Below are positions 6,242 to 13,327 of a stretch of DNA of 13,327 nucleotides, in pieces; within the stretch, counting starts at the first letter, position 1; each line of letters starts with the position of its first letter. Location: positions 1 through 13,327 of the IMG/VR virus record IMGVR_UViG_3300045988_044270; one strand, 5' to 3'. The stretch is from a virus. Made by a program: the position numbers and the translations under genes. A model generated the notes under the pieces. That model made no database searches. It saw only the letters and a list, made by a program, of their open reading frames with translations, and was not told where the DNA came from.

Positions 6242-7417
6242 ATGGCTAATACGCTTAGTATTGATAAAATTAGTACCCTGCTTAAAGCAGTTCTCAAGGA
6301 TGCAACCGGGCAGGATACAGCCGCGCTTGACACTAAGCAGTTGTTGACGCTCGGACAGAAGGCGTTGAAAACAGGGGCTGACCCTGTAATGAACGCAATT
6401 TCGCAGATGCTTTCGCGAACAATTTTTTCCAGCCGCCCATACAAAGCGAAGTTTGAGGGTATGCGGATTCCCGGCGACCAGTGGGGAAACTGGGTGAGGA
6501 AAATTAAGACGATTGACGACCCGGATGACCTGACCGACAACCCTTACTGTGATTTGACCGACGGGCAGAGCGTCGACCAATACACGATTCACAAGCCGAA
6601 GGTTGCACAGTTTAACTTCTACGGGCAGCAAAGCTACGAATACGAAAAAACGATTTTTGAAACGCAGTTAAACACGGCGTTTAATTCGGCAGAAGATTTC
6701 GGTGCATTTATTTCGATGATTTTGACGAATATGAATAACAAAATCGAAAAGACGCACGAAGAAACCGCGCGCGCAACCGTAGCTGGGTTTGCCGCTGGCA
6801 AGATTGCACAGAACGCCGATGTTATTCATCTGCTGACGGAGTACAACACCGTTACAGGGCTTGAGTTGACTGCGACAACCGTTATGCAACCCGCAAATTA
6901 TAAAGCGTTTACGCAGTGGGCTTTTTCCCGACTTGCTAACCTGTCCGATATGCTGACAGAATATTCTAGTCTTTATCAGACAAATAGTGCAGATGGCGTA
7001 TTCCTCCAGCACAGCCCGAAGTCCGCGCAGCGTGTTTATATTAACTCGATGTTTATGCATCAAACTAACATGATGGCGCTTGCGGACACGTTCCATGATA
7101 ATTTCCTTCGCATGGCGGGTGATGTTGAATATGTCAATTACTGGCAGATTATGACCGACCCACAGAAAATCCATGTAGTAAAGCCGCAGTATCTCGCGGC
7201 TGACGGCACTATTGCAACGGCGACGGCTGACGTAAATCAAGGCAACGTACTTGGTATTATCTGTGACCGTGACGCTTTCGGGTACAGCCCGATTCTAACG
7301 CGGCAGAGGGTGACGCCTCCGAACGCGAAGGGCGAATATTACAACATTTTTTGGAAGTACAACGAGCGTCATGCTATTGACTTTACCGAAAAGGGTATTG
7401 TTATTCTTATGGATTAA
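6242..7417 (+). CDS. Major capsid protein, phi29 gp8-like (HK97 fold), 391 aa
   Basis: SD GGAGGTG is present. The segments VMNAISQMLSRTIFSSRPYKAKF and QLNTAFNSAEDFGAFISMILTNMNN parallel the phi29 gp8 segments (FITSLVDRIGLVV...LKKF and [25 protein letters not shown]) as I recall them. It follows the scaffold gene and is followed by a strong terminator. Confidence 0.8.
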   Translation: MANTLSIDKISTLLKAVLKDATGQDTAALDTKQLLTLGQKALKTGADPVMNAISQMLSRTIFSSRPYKAKFEGMRIPGDQWGNWVRKIKTIDDPDDLTDNPYCDLTDGQSVDQYTIHKPKVAQFNFYGQQSYEYEKTIFETQLNTAFNSAEDFGAFISMILTNMNNKIEKTHEETARATVAGFAAGKIAQNADVIHLLTEYNTVTGLELTATTVMQPANYKAFTQWAFSRLANLSDMLTEYSSLYQTNSADGVFLQHSPKSAQRVYINSMFMHQTNMMALADTFHDNFLRMAGDVEYVNYWQIMTDPQKIHVVKPQYLAADGTIATATADVNQGNVLGIICDRDAFGYSPILTRQRVTPPNAKGEYYNIFWKYNERHAIDFTEKGIVILMD

Positions 7418-7423
7418 CTTAAT

Positions 7424-7481
7424 AGTAATAGCCCTGTATTCGCCAAGTTAATAACATAGCAATACAGGGCTATTACTTTTG
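7424..7481 (+). terminator. Strong intrinsic terminator after the capsid gene
   Basis: A perfect 17-bp stem pairs 7424-7440 (AGTAATAGCCCTGTATT) with 7461-7477 (AATACAGGGCTATTACT). The loop is 20 nt and TTTT follows. Confidence 0.8.
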
Positions 7482-7549
7482 CGGCGATTCTGTGCGATTT
7501 CCAAAATGTGTTGTTAAATAACTTTACCAGAAAATACAGGAGGTGTGAC

Positions 7550-8293
7550 ATGGCAGGAGATAGGCATAGGATGCCCGGTAGCAACATAGTCCCTGCTGCG
7601 GACAGCACAGCAACACGCTATCCCCATTGGTACAAGCCTTTTCGGTTGCCGCAGGAGTGGTATTATAGTGTATACGACGACCCATATTTTGACTATCAAG
7701 ACCACGAGACAGCGAGCGAAACAAACGGCTTACTTATTGCAACCGGGCTGTATAAAAACGGATGGAAAGTCCCCCAAATAGCGGCGATGTTGGGGAACAT
7801 GTGCCGCGAATCTACACTCAATCCTGCCATATGGCAGGGCGGGAACGCTCCGAGCCCAGACCCAAATAATTATAAGCAGAACACCGAAAAGAAATACGGT
7901 TTTGGGCTTGTCCAATGGACAGGAGCAGATAAATATATAGATTGGGCGCTCGAAATATTTGGAACAAATGGGGCATATGCAGGGCTTGATTGTTGGTATA
8001 ACGGCAGCATCCAGATAGCGCGCATCATGTATGAGGTCGAGCATAATTACCAGTGGGAGGGCGGCACAATATACCCGGATTTCCAAGATTTTTACTTTTC
8101 GGACAGCACAGATATTGAGCAGTTGACAAAGAGTTTTTGTCTTTGCTATGAGCGACCTGCAATTACGGACTGGGAAGCAACAAGTAAATATCGTATTCAG
8201 TGGGCGAATTATTGGTACAATAAATTACAAAAAAACAATCTGAATAGCTTGCCCGTTTGGTTTATCTGCAAAGCGGCTAATAAATGGAGGTGA
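7550..8293 (+). CDS. Virion/tail-associated lysozyme-like peptidoglycan hydrolase (phage tail lysozyme domain), 247 aa
   Basis: SD AGGAGGTG lies 6 nt before ATG 7550. The sequence IAAMLGNMCRESTLNP...YGFGLVQWTG matches the phage tail lysozyme signature (LGN-x-x-x-ES-x-x-NP ... G-x-G-L-x-QWT). It lies within the tail gene block. Confidence 0.7.
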   Translation: MAGDRHRMPGSNIVPAADSTATRYPHWYKPFRLPQEWYYSVYDDPYFDYQDHETASETNGLLIATGLYKNGWKVPQIAAMLGNMCRESTLNPAIWQGGNAPSPDPNNYKQNTEKKYGFGLVQWTGADKYIDWALEIFGTNGAYAGLDCWYNGSIQIARIMYEVEHNYQWEGGTIYPDFQDFYFSDSTDIEQLTKSFCLCYERPAITDWEATSKYRIQWANYWYNKLQKNNLNSLPVWFICKAANKWR

Positions 8294-8297
8294 AATA

Positions 8298-9749
8298 ATG
8301 GAAGCATGGTTTACAAATGTCGGGAAACGCAGAAATTCAACCTACACCCCATCGGTAACATCTTATGAAGATAGCCTAAAGTTTGATGTTGTGCTGAAGG
8401 ATAATACAAATGTGCAAAATCCTGTTATTAGCCTGATTTGGTCAAACAACCGTTATCCGCCACAAAACCTTAATTATGTATTTATTCCATTGTTCGGGCG
8501 CTCATATTTCGTGGAAAATGTCACGTTCGAGCGTAACAGGGTATTTTTTACACTAAGTACCGATGTTTTAGGGTCGTTTTGGGGGTTGCTGAAGAAGTCG
8601 ACACAATACGTTATTAGGTCAGCAAGCAAGTATAATTCGCGGATTATAGATACTTCTTTGCCAATTTTGGCAAAAGGGGAAAAGCAAACCTACGAAATAG
8701 ATAACACTGGATATGTATCAGTTATGTCTGAAGGATGGTATGTTGTAGGTATCATCGGCGCGGAAGGTAACGCAGTTGGTGCTGTATCGTACTATGTGAT
8801 GACACAAACACAATTTACATATTTTAGAAGCAAGTTACTGACTGATTATAGTTATATGGGCGTAAATGTCGCAGAAATTTCGGCGGAACTGTTAAAAGCT
8901 ATTGTAAATCCTTTCCAATACATCGTATCTTGTAGATGGTATCCGATAAAGCCTCCGACATTAGACACTTTAACAACTGTTAAAGTTTCAGGTTGGGAAT
9001 TGGCGGGCACATCCGCGCGCCTGTTATCTTCATCAACCGTTACAACAAAATCTTTTTACTGCGGCACTGGATATATTAAACAGGATGAATGGAAAAATTG
9101 CTATCCGTATAGGCAAATAGCAATCAATCTTGCTCCGTGGGGGTATTTTCAAGTCGACACAACATCGCTAACAAAATATGGCGAAAATATAACAATCAGG
9201 GCATATATAGATTTTACAAGCGGAGGTTCAATCGCTTATTATTTGTGCGGAGGGGAGGCTATCAAATATCATGTGTTAGGAGTTCGAGAATCACAATTTG
9301 GAGTTGATATCCAATTAGCACAAACTGGATACGGGCAAGATGTTATTTCAATAGCAGGAAGTGTCGCGGCCGGAGTTGGCGGCGTCGGTGCTGCGATTTT
9401 GGGGAATGCAAAAGCGCTAAATAGTGTAACTGATAGTATTAATAATATAGCAACCTCAATGTCAGATGGTTTTGGCTCCGTATCCTCATTTTCAGCAAAC
9501 ACCTCTATTGCAAAATACGCAATGCCGCAATATGTAGATGTTGTATATACATATACTGCCGAACAAAATGCCAAAATAAATGGGCGTCCTCTTTGCGCAA
9601 CAGTTAAATTGGAGACCTTATCAGGATATACGCTTATAAATAATCCCGATACTTCGGCAGTAACCAATTGTTACGGAGAAGAACGCGATGAACTAACACG
9701 CTATATGCAATCAGGATTTTATATAGAGGAGGCCGAAACCGGTGAATAA
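8298..9749 (+). CDS. Tail knob / distal tail tube protein, phi29 gp9-like, 483 aa
   Basis: The N-terminal segment NYVFIPLFGRSYFVENVTFERNRVFFTLSTDVLGSFW parallels phi29 gp9 YIMFQN..KWFYAFVTELEFKN..VHFEIDVLQTW. A Gly/Ala-rich hydrophobic segment (IAGSVAAGVGGVGAAILG) parallels the gp9 loop GGGISAGASAAGGSALG. The gene order knob then connector matches phi29. Confidence 0.7.
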   Translation: MEAWFTNVGKRRNSTYTPSVTSYEDSLKFDVVLKDNTNVQNPVISLIWSNNRYPPQNLNYVFIPLFGRSYFVENVTFERNRVFFTLSTDVLGSFWGLLKKSTQYVIRSASKYNSRIIDTSLPILAKGEKQTYEIDNTGYVSVMSEGWYVVGIIGAEGNAVGAVSYYVMTQTQFTYFRSKLLTDYSYMGVNVAEISAELLKAIVNPFQYIVSCRWYPIKPPTLDTLTTVKVSGWELAGTSARLLSSSTVTTKSFYCGTGYIKQDEWKNCYPYRQIAINLAPWGYFQVDTTSLTKYGENITIRAYIDFTSGGSIAYYLCGGEAIKYHVLGVRESQFGVDIQLAQTGYGQDVISIAGSVAAGVGGVGAAILGNAKALNSVTDSINNIATSMSDGFGSVSSFSANTSIAKYAMPQYVDVVYTYTAEQNAKINGRPLCATVKLETLSGYTLINNPDTSAVTNCYGEERDELTRYMQSGFYIEEAETGE

Positions 9750-10665
9750 TCCCCCCTTCGATTACAATCGTATAAATGCATACGAATCCAGCATTTCTCC
9801 CTCTACTTGCCATACCAAAAATACGGCACTTTTCCAATACTATCAACGCTATTTATTCCAGAAACTAACAAGCCAATTCAAATGGAGCTTGCCCGAAGGT
9901 TGGAGCGATACATATTTTCTCGGTTGCTTGTACGCATGGGGAAGCGTGGCGATTTTTAACAGCAAGCGCTACGGTGTAATTCCGCAGGCTGGCGCATTGT
10001 ATGGATACAATGTTTACTATCAACCAACAACTGTTTTGATTGCAAACCCGCTTCTTCCTCCGATGCGCTTGCAAATCGACAAGGATTGCGTTCTTTTCCG
10101 GTTACAACGCGATTATCACGGCGCGCTAGACATTGTTAATTATTACGCAGACTTGCTTGCCACCTCTTGCGAATCGCTTGCCATGAACATAATGAATTCT
10201 AAACTTTCCTATGTGTTCGCGTGCAGTTCAAAAAATGCCGCACAAACTGGCAAAGAATTGATGGACAGGGTAACATCTGGAGAATTGGCTGTATGGGTGG
10301 ATAAAGCCCTTTTTAACGATGACGGTTCCCCCTCGTGGGCACCATTCGCGCAAAACGTAGGACAAAACTATATCGCGGACAGAATTATTTCCAACATGAG
10401 GCAAATTGAAGCAGAATTTGACACCCGCGTAGGGATACCGACTTGTAACACCGACAAAAAAGAACGGTTGATTACAGCCGAAGCGGAACGGAACGACGTT
10501 GAAACAGACGCAATCGTTGCGCAATGGTTCGACACCATCCAGGAGTGCATCCGCAACGTGCATACTGCGTTCGGTGTGGCAATCACTTGTGAGCGACGTT
10601 ATCCGATTGAGCATAACAAAAATGGAGGTGACAAGATTGAGCGTGATGCTGGCGACAATGTATAA
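9742..10665 (+). CDS. Head-tail connector (portal, upper collar), phi29 gp10-like, 307 aa
   Basis: The start is GTG 9742, 9 nt after GAGGAGG, overlapping the knob stop. YLFQKLTSQFKWSLPEG...GSVAIF parallels gp10 YLQSLAYQLFEWENLPP...GYVGFY. NTDKKERLITAEAERNDVE parallels [21 protein letters not shown]. Confidence 0.8.
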   Translation: MNNPPFDYNRINAYESSISPSTCHTKNTALFQYYQRYLFQKLTSQFKWSLPEGWSDTYFLGCLYAWGSVAIFNSKRYGVIPQAGALYGYNVYYQPTTVLIANPLLPPMRLQIDKDCVLFRLQRDYHGALDIVNYYADLLATSCESLAMNIMNSKLSYVFACSSKNAAQTGKELMDRVTSGELAVWVDKALFNDDGSPSWAPFAQNVGQNYIADRIISNMRQIEAEFDTRVGIPTCNTDKKERLITAEAERNDVETDAIVAQWFDTIQECIRNVHTAFGVAITCERRYPIEHNKNGGDKIERDAGDNV

Positions 10666-11230
10666 TTTTGACCCGTCCATCTTTGACGGCGTGGAATTTC
10701 CTTCTAATATATCGGTGCAAGATTTCGTCGATTCGCTATTGATGCAGTGTGGAGAAATGCCCGTTCTGTACTCGTCCCCTCCCCTGCTTAAATCGCTAAT
10801 TCGTGTATGGACGAAAATTTCGCAATATAGTTGGGTGCATCTTGCCGCAACACTAACGGCGGAATATAATCCGATAGAAAATTATGACAGAATTGAAGAA
10901 TGGGAGGACAGCACCACAAACACTTCGCACTATACAAATTCTGCAAACAATACTTCCAGCGGCTCTACAAAGGAACAGGTATACGGTTACAACGATTTGC
11001 AAACCCCCTCTGACAATAGCGCAAGCACCAGCGCAAGCACAAGCGCGGATACAAGCGATAGTGCCGGGACAGGCACAAGCGCAGGGACTCGAAAAGGGCG
11101 GGCGCACGGTAACATCGGTGTAACCACGACGCAGAATATGCTTGAAAGTGAACGGAAGGTTGCAATGTTCAACTTCTATGATGCAGTTATTCAGGATTTT
11201 AAGAAGCGGTTTTTAATTTGGGTGTATTAA
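10637..11230 (+). CDS. Virion structural protein of about 197 aa. It may be a lower-collar or head-tail adaptor analogue, judged by position.
   Basis: It lies between the connector and tail fiber genes, where gp11 lies in phi29. SD GGAGGTGA is at 10624-10631. Candidate starts are TTG 10637, GTG 10643, ATG 10646 and ATG 10658. Motifs EYNPIENYDR and GNIGVTTTQNMLESE are present, with a Ser/Thr/Ala-rich linker. The function rests only on synteny. Confidence 0.4.
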   Translation: MSVMLATMYNFDPSIFDGVEFPSNISVQDFVDSLLMQCGEMPVLYSSPPLLKSLIRVWTKISQYSWVHLAATLTAEYNPIENYDRIEEWEDSTTNTSHYTNSANNTSSGSTKEQVYGYNDLQTPSDNSASTSASTSADTSDSAGTGTSAGTRKGRAHGNIGVTTTQNMLESERKVAMFNFYDAVIQDFKKRFLIWVY

Positions 11231-11247
11231 TAGGAGGTGTAAAATAT

Positions 11248-12702
11248 ATGGGTATTTGGGAACAATTCCCGTTTACGAATTTCCACGAACAGAATCTTGA
11301 TTGGGCTTATAATTCAATCAAAGAACTTGATGGAAGAGTTGACACGCTGGAAAAGAGCGGCAATGTAAGCAAAGAATATGTTGACGAACAAGATGCTGCG
11401 CTTGACGAAAAAATCAGCGGCGAACGTTCCGCGCGAACAACCGCAGACCAAGCACTCCAAAATCAGATTACACCGCATACGGCAAGTATTAATGGTCTAA
11501 ACGAGCGAATGGTGGAAGCTGAAAAAAATATTGGCGTAAAGCCTTCTGTGCCTAATTTCAGCAGCATTTGGAGCACAATAGGCGAATACGGTGCTACACA
11601 GGCAATCGGCAGTAAGTTGCTTTCAGTTCAGACGGCGAGCAAAGAAAATCTTCGTTCTATTGCGGGAACCGATGGCATGTATGATATTACCAAGGGCACA
11701 ATTCAGGCGCGCCTTGACATCATAGAGGAAGCCCTTAAACCCGGTTCTCTGGTAAAACTTAACGGCGAATATCAAATTGCTATTTCTCCCGGAACTGCAA
11801 GAGGGACTGAATTCACCCCCAAAAAAGAAATCACACCGTTTGATTTCGCGATTTGTGCGCGCGAATCATCTGTTGCGCATACAGATGGAGATAGTAATAA
11901 CGCATTTTTGATTGTTAAGCCTATAAAAACTACAACCGAAAATAAATATAATAATTTTGTAGTTGTAGCAGACAGCCCCGGAGAAACGACAACATTTAAT
12001 ATGGTAGTTCACGTTTGGACTTTTGCAGTTGTGGCGGGCAGTTCTGGCGGGGAGCAGTATGCAACGGTATCCTATGTAGATGAAAAAACTGGTGAGCTGG
12101 CGACAGAACTTGGAAACGTAGAAGCGGATGTGCAGGATGCATACACCAAAGCGGAGACGGCAGACAACAATGCCGCAATTGCCAAGTCAACCGCAACAAC
12201 GGCTGCTTCTACTGCTTCTTCCGCACTGGAAAAAATCGGCACGAGACCTGCAGAATCGAAATATAACACCCTCTGGGATACAATCGGTACTTGGTCGGAA
12301 AATGTCCCGATGGCTCTCAGAATCAATCCTGCCTATAATTGGAGCCGGAATAATCGTTCCGCTATCAATGGTACTTCGGACTACCCAACAGACAAGGGTT
12401 CTATCAATTCCCGGCTAACCGATTTGGAAACAGCTATAGCCAAATTCCAGAATATGCCAAAAATTGCGAGGGGACACGTGCTTGCATACCAAGACCAAGA
12501 CACCATTATTGATTATCAGTCGGCGGGATTTACCGAAATTCCGACCGTGGTTGCGACTTATGCAAACACTGGGGCTGTTGCAGATAGTGTAACACGCAGT
12601 CAGTTAATTTTCGCCAAAACTACAAGTTCAGCAAAAATCAGGCTTTCCGGTACATCGACGCATGAGCAGTTCGCCGTAGACTGGATTGCAGTTGGTGTGT
12701 AA
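11248..12702 (+). CDS. Tail fiber / receptor-binding protein, 484 aa, built from two tandem paralogous modules
   Basis: SD AGGAGGTG lies 8 nt before ATG 11248. The N-terminal motif FHEQNLDW is typical of phage fibers. Coiled-coil heptads are present. The C-terminus (...IRLSGTSTHEQFAVDWIAVGV) resembles the gp53-like / lectin-like fiber tip pattern that ends in W-I-A-x-G. Confidence 0.7.
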   Translation: MGIWEQFPFTNFHEQNLDWAYNSIKELDGRVDTLEKSGNVSKEYVDEQDAALDEKISGERSARTTADQALQNQITPHTASINGLNERMVEAEKNIGVKPSVPNFSSIWSTIGEYGATQAIGSKLLSVQTASKENLRSIAGTDGMYDITKGTIQARLDIIEEALKPGSLVKLNGEYQIAISPGTARGTEFTPKKEITPFDFAICARESSVAHTDGDSNNAFLIVKPIKTTTENKYNNFVVVADSPGETTTFNMVVHVWTFAVVAGSSGGEQYATVSYVDEKTGELATELGNVEADVQDAYTKAETADNNAAIAKSTATTAASTASSALEKIGTRPAESKYNTLWDTIGTWSENVPMALRINPAYNWSRNNRSAINGTSDYPTDKGSINSRLTDLETAIAKFQNMPKIARGHVLAYQDQDTIIDYQSAGFTEIPTVVATYANTGAVADSVTRSQLIFAKTTSSAKIRLSGTSTHEQFAVDWIAVGV

Positions 12703-12706
12703 CAAT

Positions 12707-12734
12707 AAAGGGAGGGCATTGCCCTCCCTTTATT
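12707..12734. terminator. Bidirectional intrinsic terminator between the convergent late (+) and right early (-) operons
   Basis: Stem AAAGGGAGGG (12707-12716) pairs with CCCTCCCTTT (12722-12731), with loop CATTG. T-runs follow on both strands. The stop codon of the - strand gene lies in the stem. Confidence 0.75.
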
Positions 12735-12978
12735 CACCCCATGCTGTGAGATGCGCGCCCCCACGAAAACGAGTTGCAACCCAGCGATACCCACCGGCAC
12801 GGCGGCGGCGATAGAGCTTCGCGCACTGCGTACGCTTAGAAATGCTTGTGGCGATTTCCATCGACATCATTGCGACTGTGAGCGAATAAAATTCAAACCG
12901 TTTGATACCGCTTTCGTCATTTCTTTCGATTTCTCTTCCATCGGCATCGTACCGAATAAGCACATAATTAGCGTTCAT
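12730..12978 (-). CDS. Hypothetical right-end early protein (82 aa) with an Arg-rich C-terminal half
   Basis: On the - strand, SD AAGGGAGGAAG lies 5 nt before ATG 12978. It overlaps the upstream gene by 11 nt and ends in the bidirectional terminator. No family recognised. Confidence 0.6.
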   Translation of the reverse strand: MNANYVLIRYDADGREIERNDESGIKRFEFYSLTVAMMSMEIATSISKRTQCAKLYRRRRAGGYRWVATRFRGGAHLTAWGE

Positions 12979-13198
12979 CTGGCTTCCTCCCTTTATATAA
13001 TCTCTTTACACGGATTTCAACCTGTTCCCAGCCGTTCGGATTGCTACTGCTTTTATTCGATAAAGCAACCGTTGTGTCGAGGTACTCACGACGGATTCTT
13101 ACCACAGAATCTTCCTCCATAAAATAGCGATAGCGGGCAGTATCATAAATGCTGTCGTGGTTCAGCTGGTTAATAGCACGGCGTCCGAGATATGCCAT
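12968..13198 (-). CDS. Hypothetical right-end early protein (76 aa), first gene after the right ITR
   Basis: The - strand ATG at 13198 is preceded by AAAGGGGAA, the inner edge of the ITR. It is an uninterrupted ORF with a TAA stop at 12968-12970. No family recognised. Confidence 0.6.
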   Translation of the reverse strand: MAYLGRRAINQLNHDSIYDTARYRYFMEEDSVVRIRREYLDTTVALSNKSSSNPNGWEQVEIRVKRLYKGRKPDER

Positions 13199-13208
13199 AT
13201 CATAATTC

Positions 13209-13327
13209 CCCTTTCTGGCTTGTGAGGTTTTCCTTCCTCTTTACGATTATATAATATCACTAATCATTAGTAATGTACATGCCCTGTTAGTTTAGTTTTG
13301 TCCGCGAATTTTTCAACTGATAGGAAT
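13209..13327. repeat. Right inverted terminal repeat (119 bp)
   Basis: Exact reverse complement of 1-119. Confidence 0.97.
13246..13279 (-). promoter_or_regulatory. Mirror copy of the ITR promoter, driving the right-end operon on the - strand
   Basis: Same sequence as 49-82 because it lies inside the ITR. It points inward toward the - strand ATG at 13198, whose SD (AAAGGGG) is again the inner end of the ITR. Confidence 0.45.

Larger units (their letters stand above)
1..13327. mobile_element. Apparently complete linear genome of a phi29-like protein-primed podophage, bounded by inverted terminal repeats
   Basis: A perfect 119-bp ITR lies exactly at both window ends. A terminal-protein candidate and a protein-primed PolB are present. 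The phi29-type morphogenesis set is present: gp16-like ATPase, scaffold, gp8-like MCP, gp9-like tail knob, gp10-like connector and tail fiber. No integrase or transposase was seen. Confidence 0.8.

Noticed and set aside
7508-7549. Upstream extension of the lysozyme ORF from an alternative start at 7508
   Set aside because: No SD is present there, while AGGAGGTG directly precedes ATG 7550.
10499-10636. Upstream extension of the ORF at 10499..11230, overlapping the connector gene by about 170 nt
   Set aside because: The open frame there is probably fortuitous. The only SD (GGAGGTGA, 10624-10631) lies just before the cluster of start codons at 10637-10658.
714-10680. Other antisense or nested ORFs in the track: 714..1010(-), 1095..1469(+), 3617..3973(-), 4235..4516(+), 5457..5783(-), 6173..6631(-), 6668..7240(-), 7730..8086(-), 9269..9667(-), 10228..10680(-)
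   Set aside because: All are embedded in or antisense to motif-supported genes. They lack SD sequences and would break the single-direction operon layout.
12751-13122. The + strand ORF of 123 aa at the right end
   Set aside because: It lies downstream of the bidirectional terminator and has no SD. It is antisense to two - strand ORFs that have strong SDs and a promoter in the ITR.
1-13327. ITRs as the ends of a transposon, IS element, casposon, polinton-like element or pipolin
   Set aside because: No transposase, integrase or Cas1 is present and no target-site duplication is visible. PolB is accompanied by a full phi29-type virion module, which fits a terminal-protein-capped phage genome.

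Overview
The window appears to be a complete linear dsDNA replicon of about 13.3 kb. Bases 1-119 are the exact reverse complement of bases 13209-13327, a perfect 119-bp inverted terminal repeat (ITR) sitting on both window edges. The gene content is that of a very small phi29-like (Picovirinae/Salasmaviridae-like) protein-primed podophage. A left early operon on the + strand carries two orphan ORFs, a ribbon-helix-helix regulator, a putative terminal protein, a family-B protein-primed DNA polymerase with all Exo and Pol motifs, and a small possible SSB. An intrinsic terminator follows, then a gp16-like packaging ATPase. Next comes a self-contained promoter / structured RNA / terminator cassette of about 80 nt, which I rate as the most interesting element and a possible pRNA-like RNA. 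The late block follows: YvrJ-like holin candidate, NlpC/P60 endolysin, scaffold, phi29 gp8-like major capsid protein, strong terminator, tail-associated lysozyme, gp9-like tail knob, gp10-like connector, a possible collar protein and a two-module tail fiber. A bidirectional terminator separates this from a short right-end early operon of two orphan ORFs on the - strand. Each ITR copy seems to carry an inward-facing promoter and a Shine-Dalgarno sequence for the first gene at that end. Strong GGAGG-type ribosome-binding sites, the YvrJ-like protein and the NlpC/P60 lysin suggest a Firmicutes (possibly clostridial) host. No tRNA, rRNA, CRISPR array, integrase or transposase was seen. All homology statements rest on motif recognition by eye and need HMM or structure searches to confirm.
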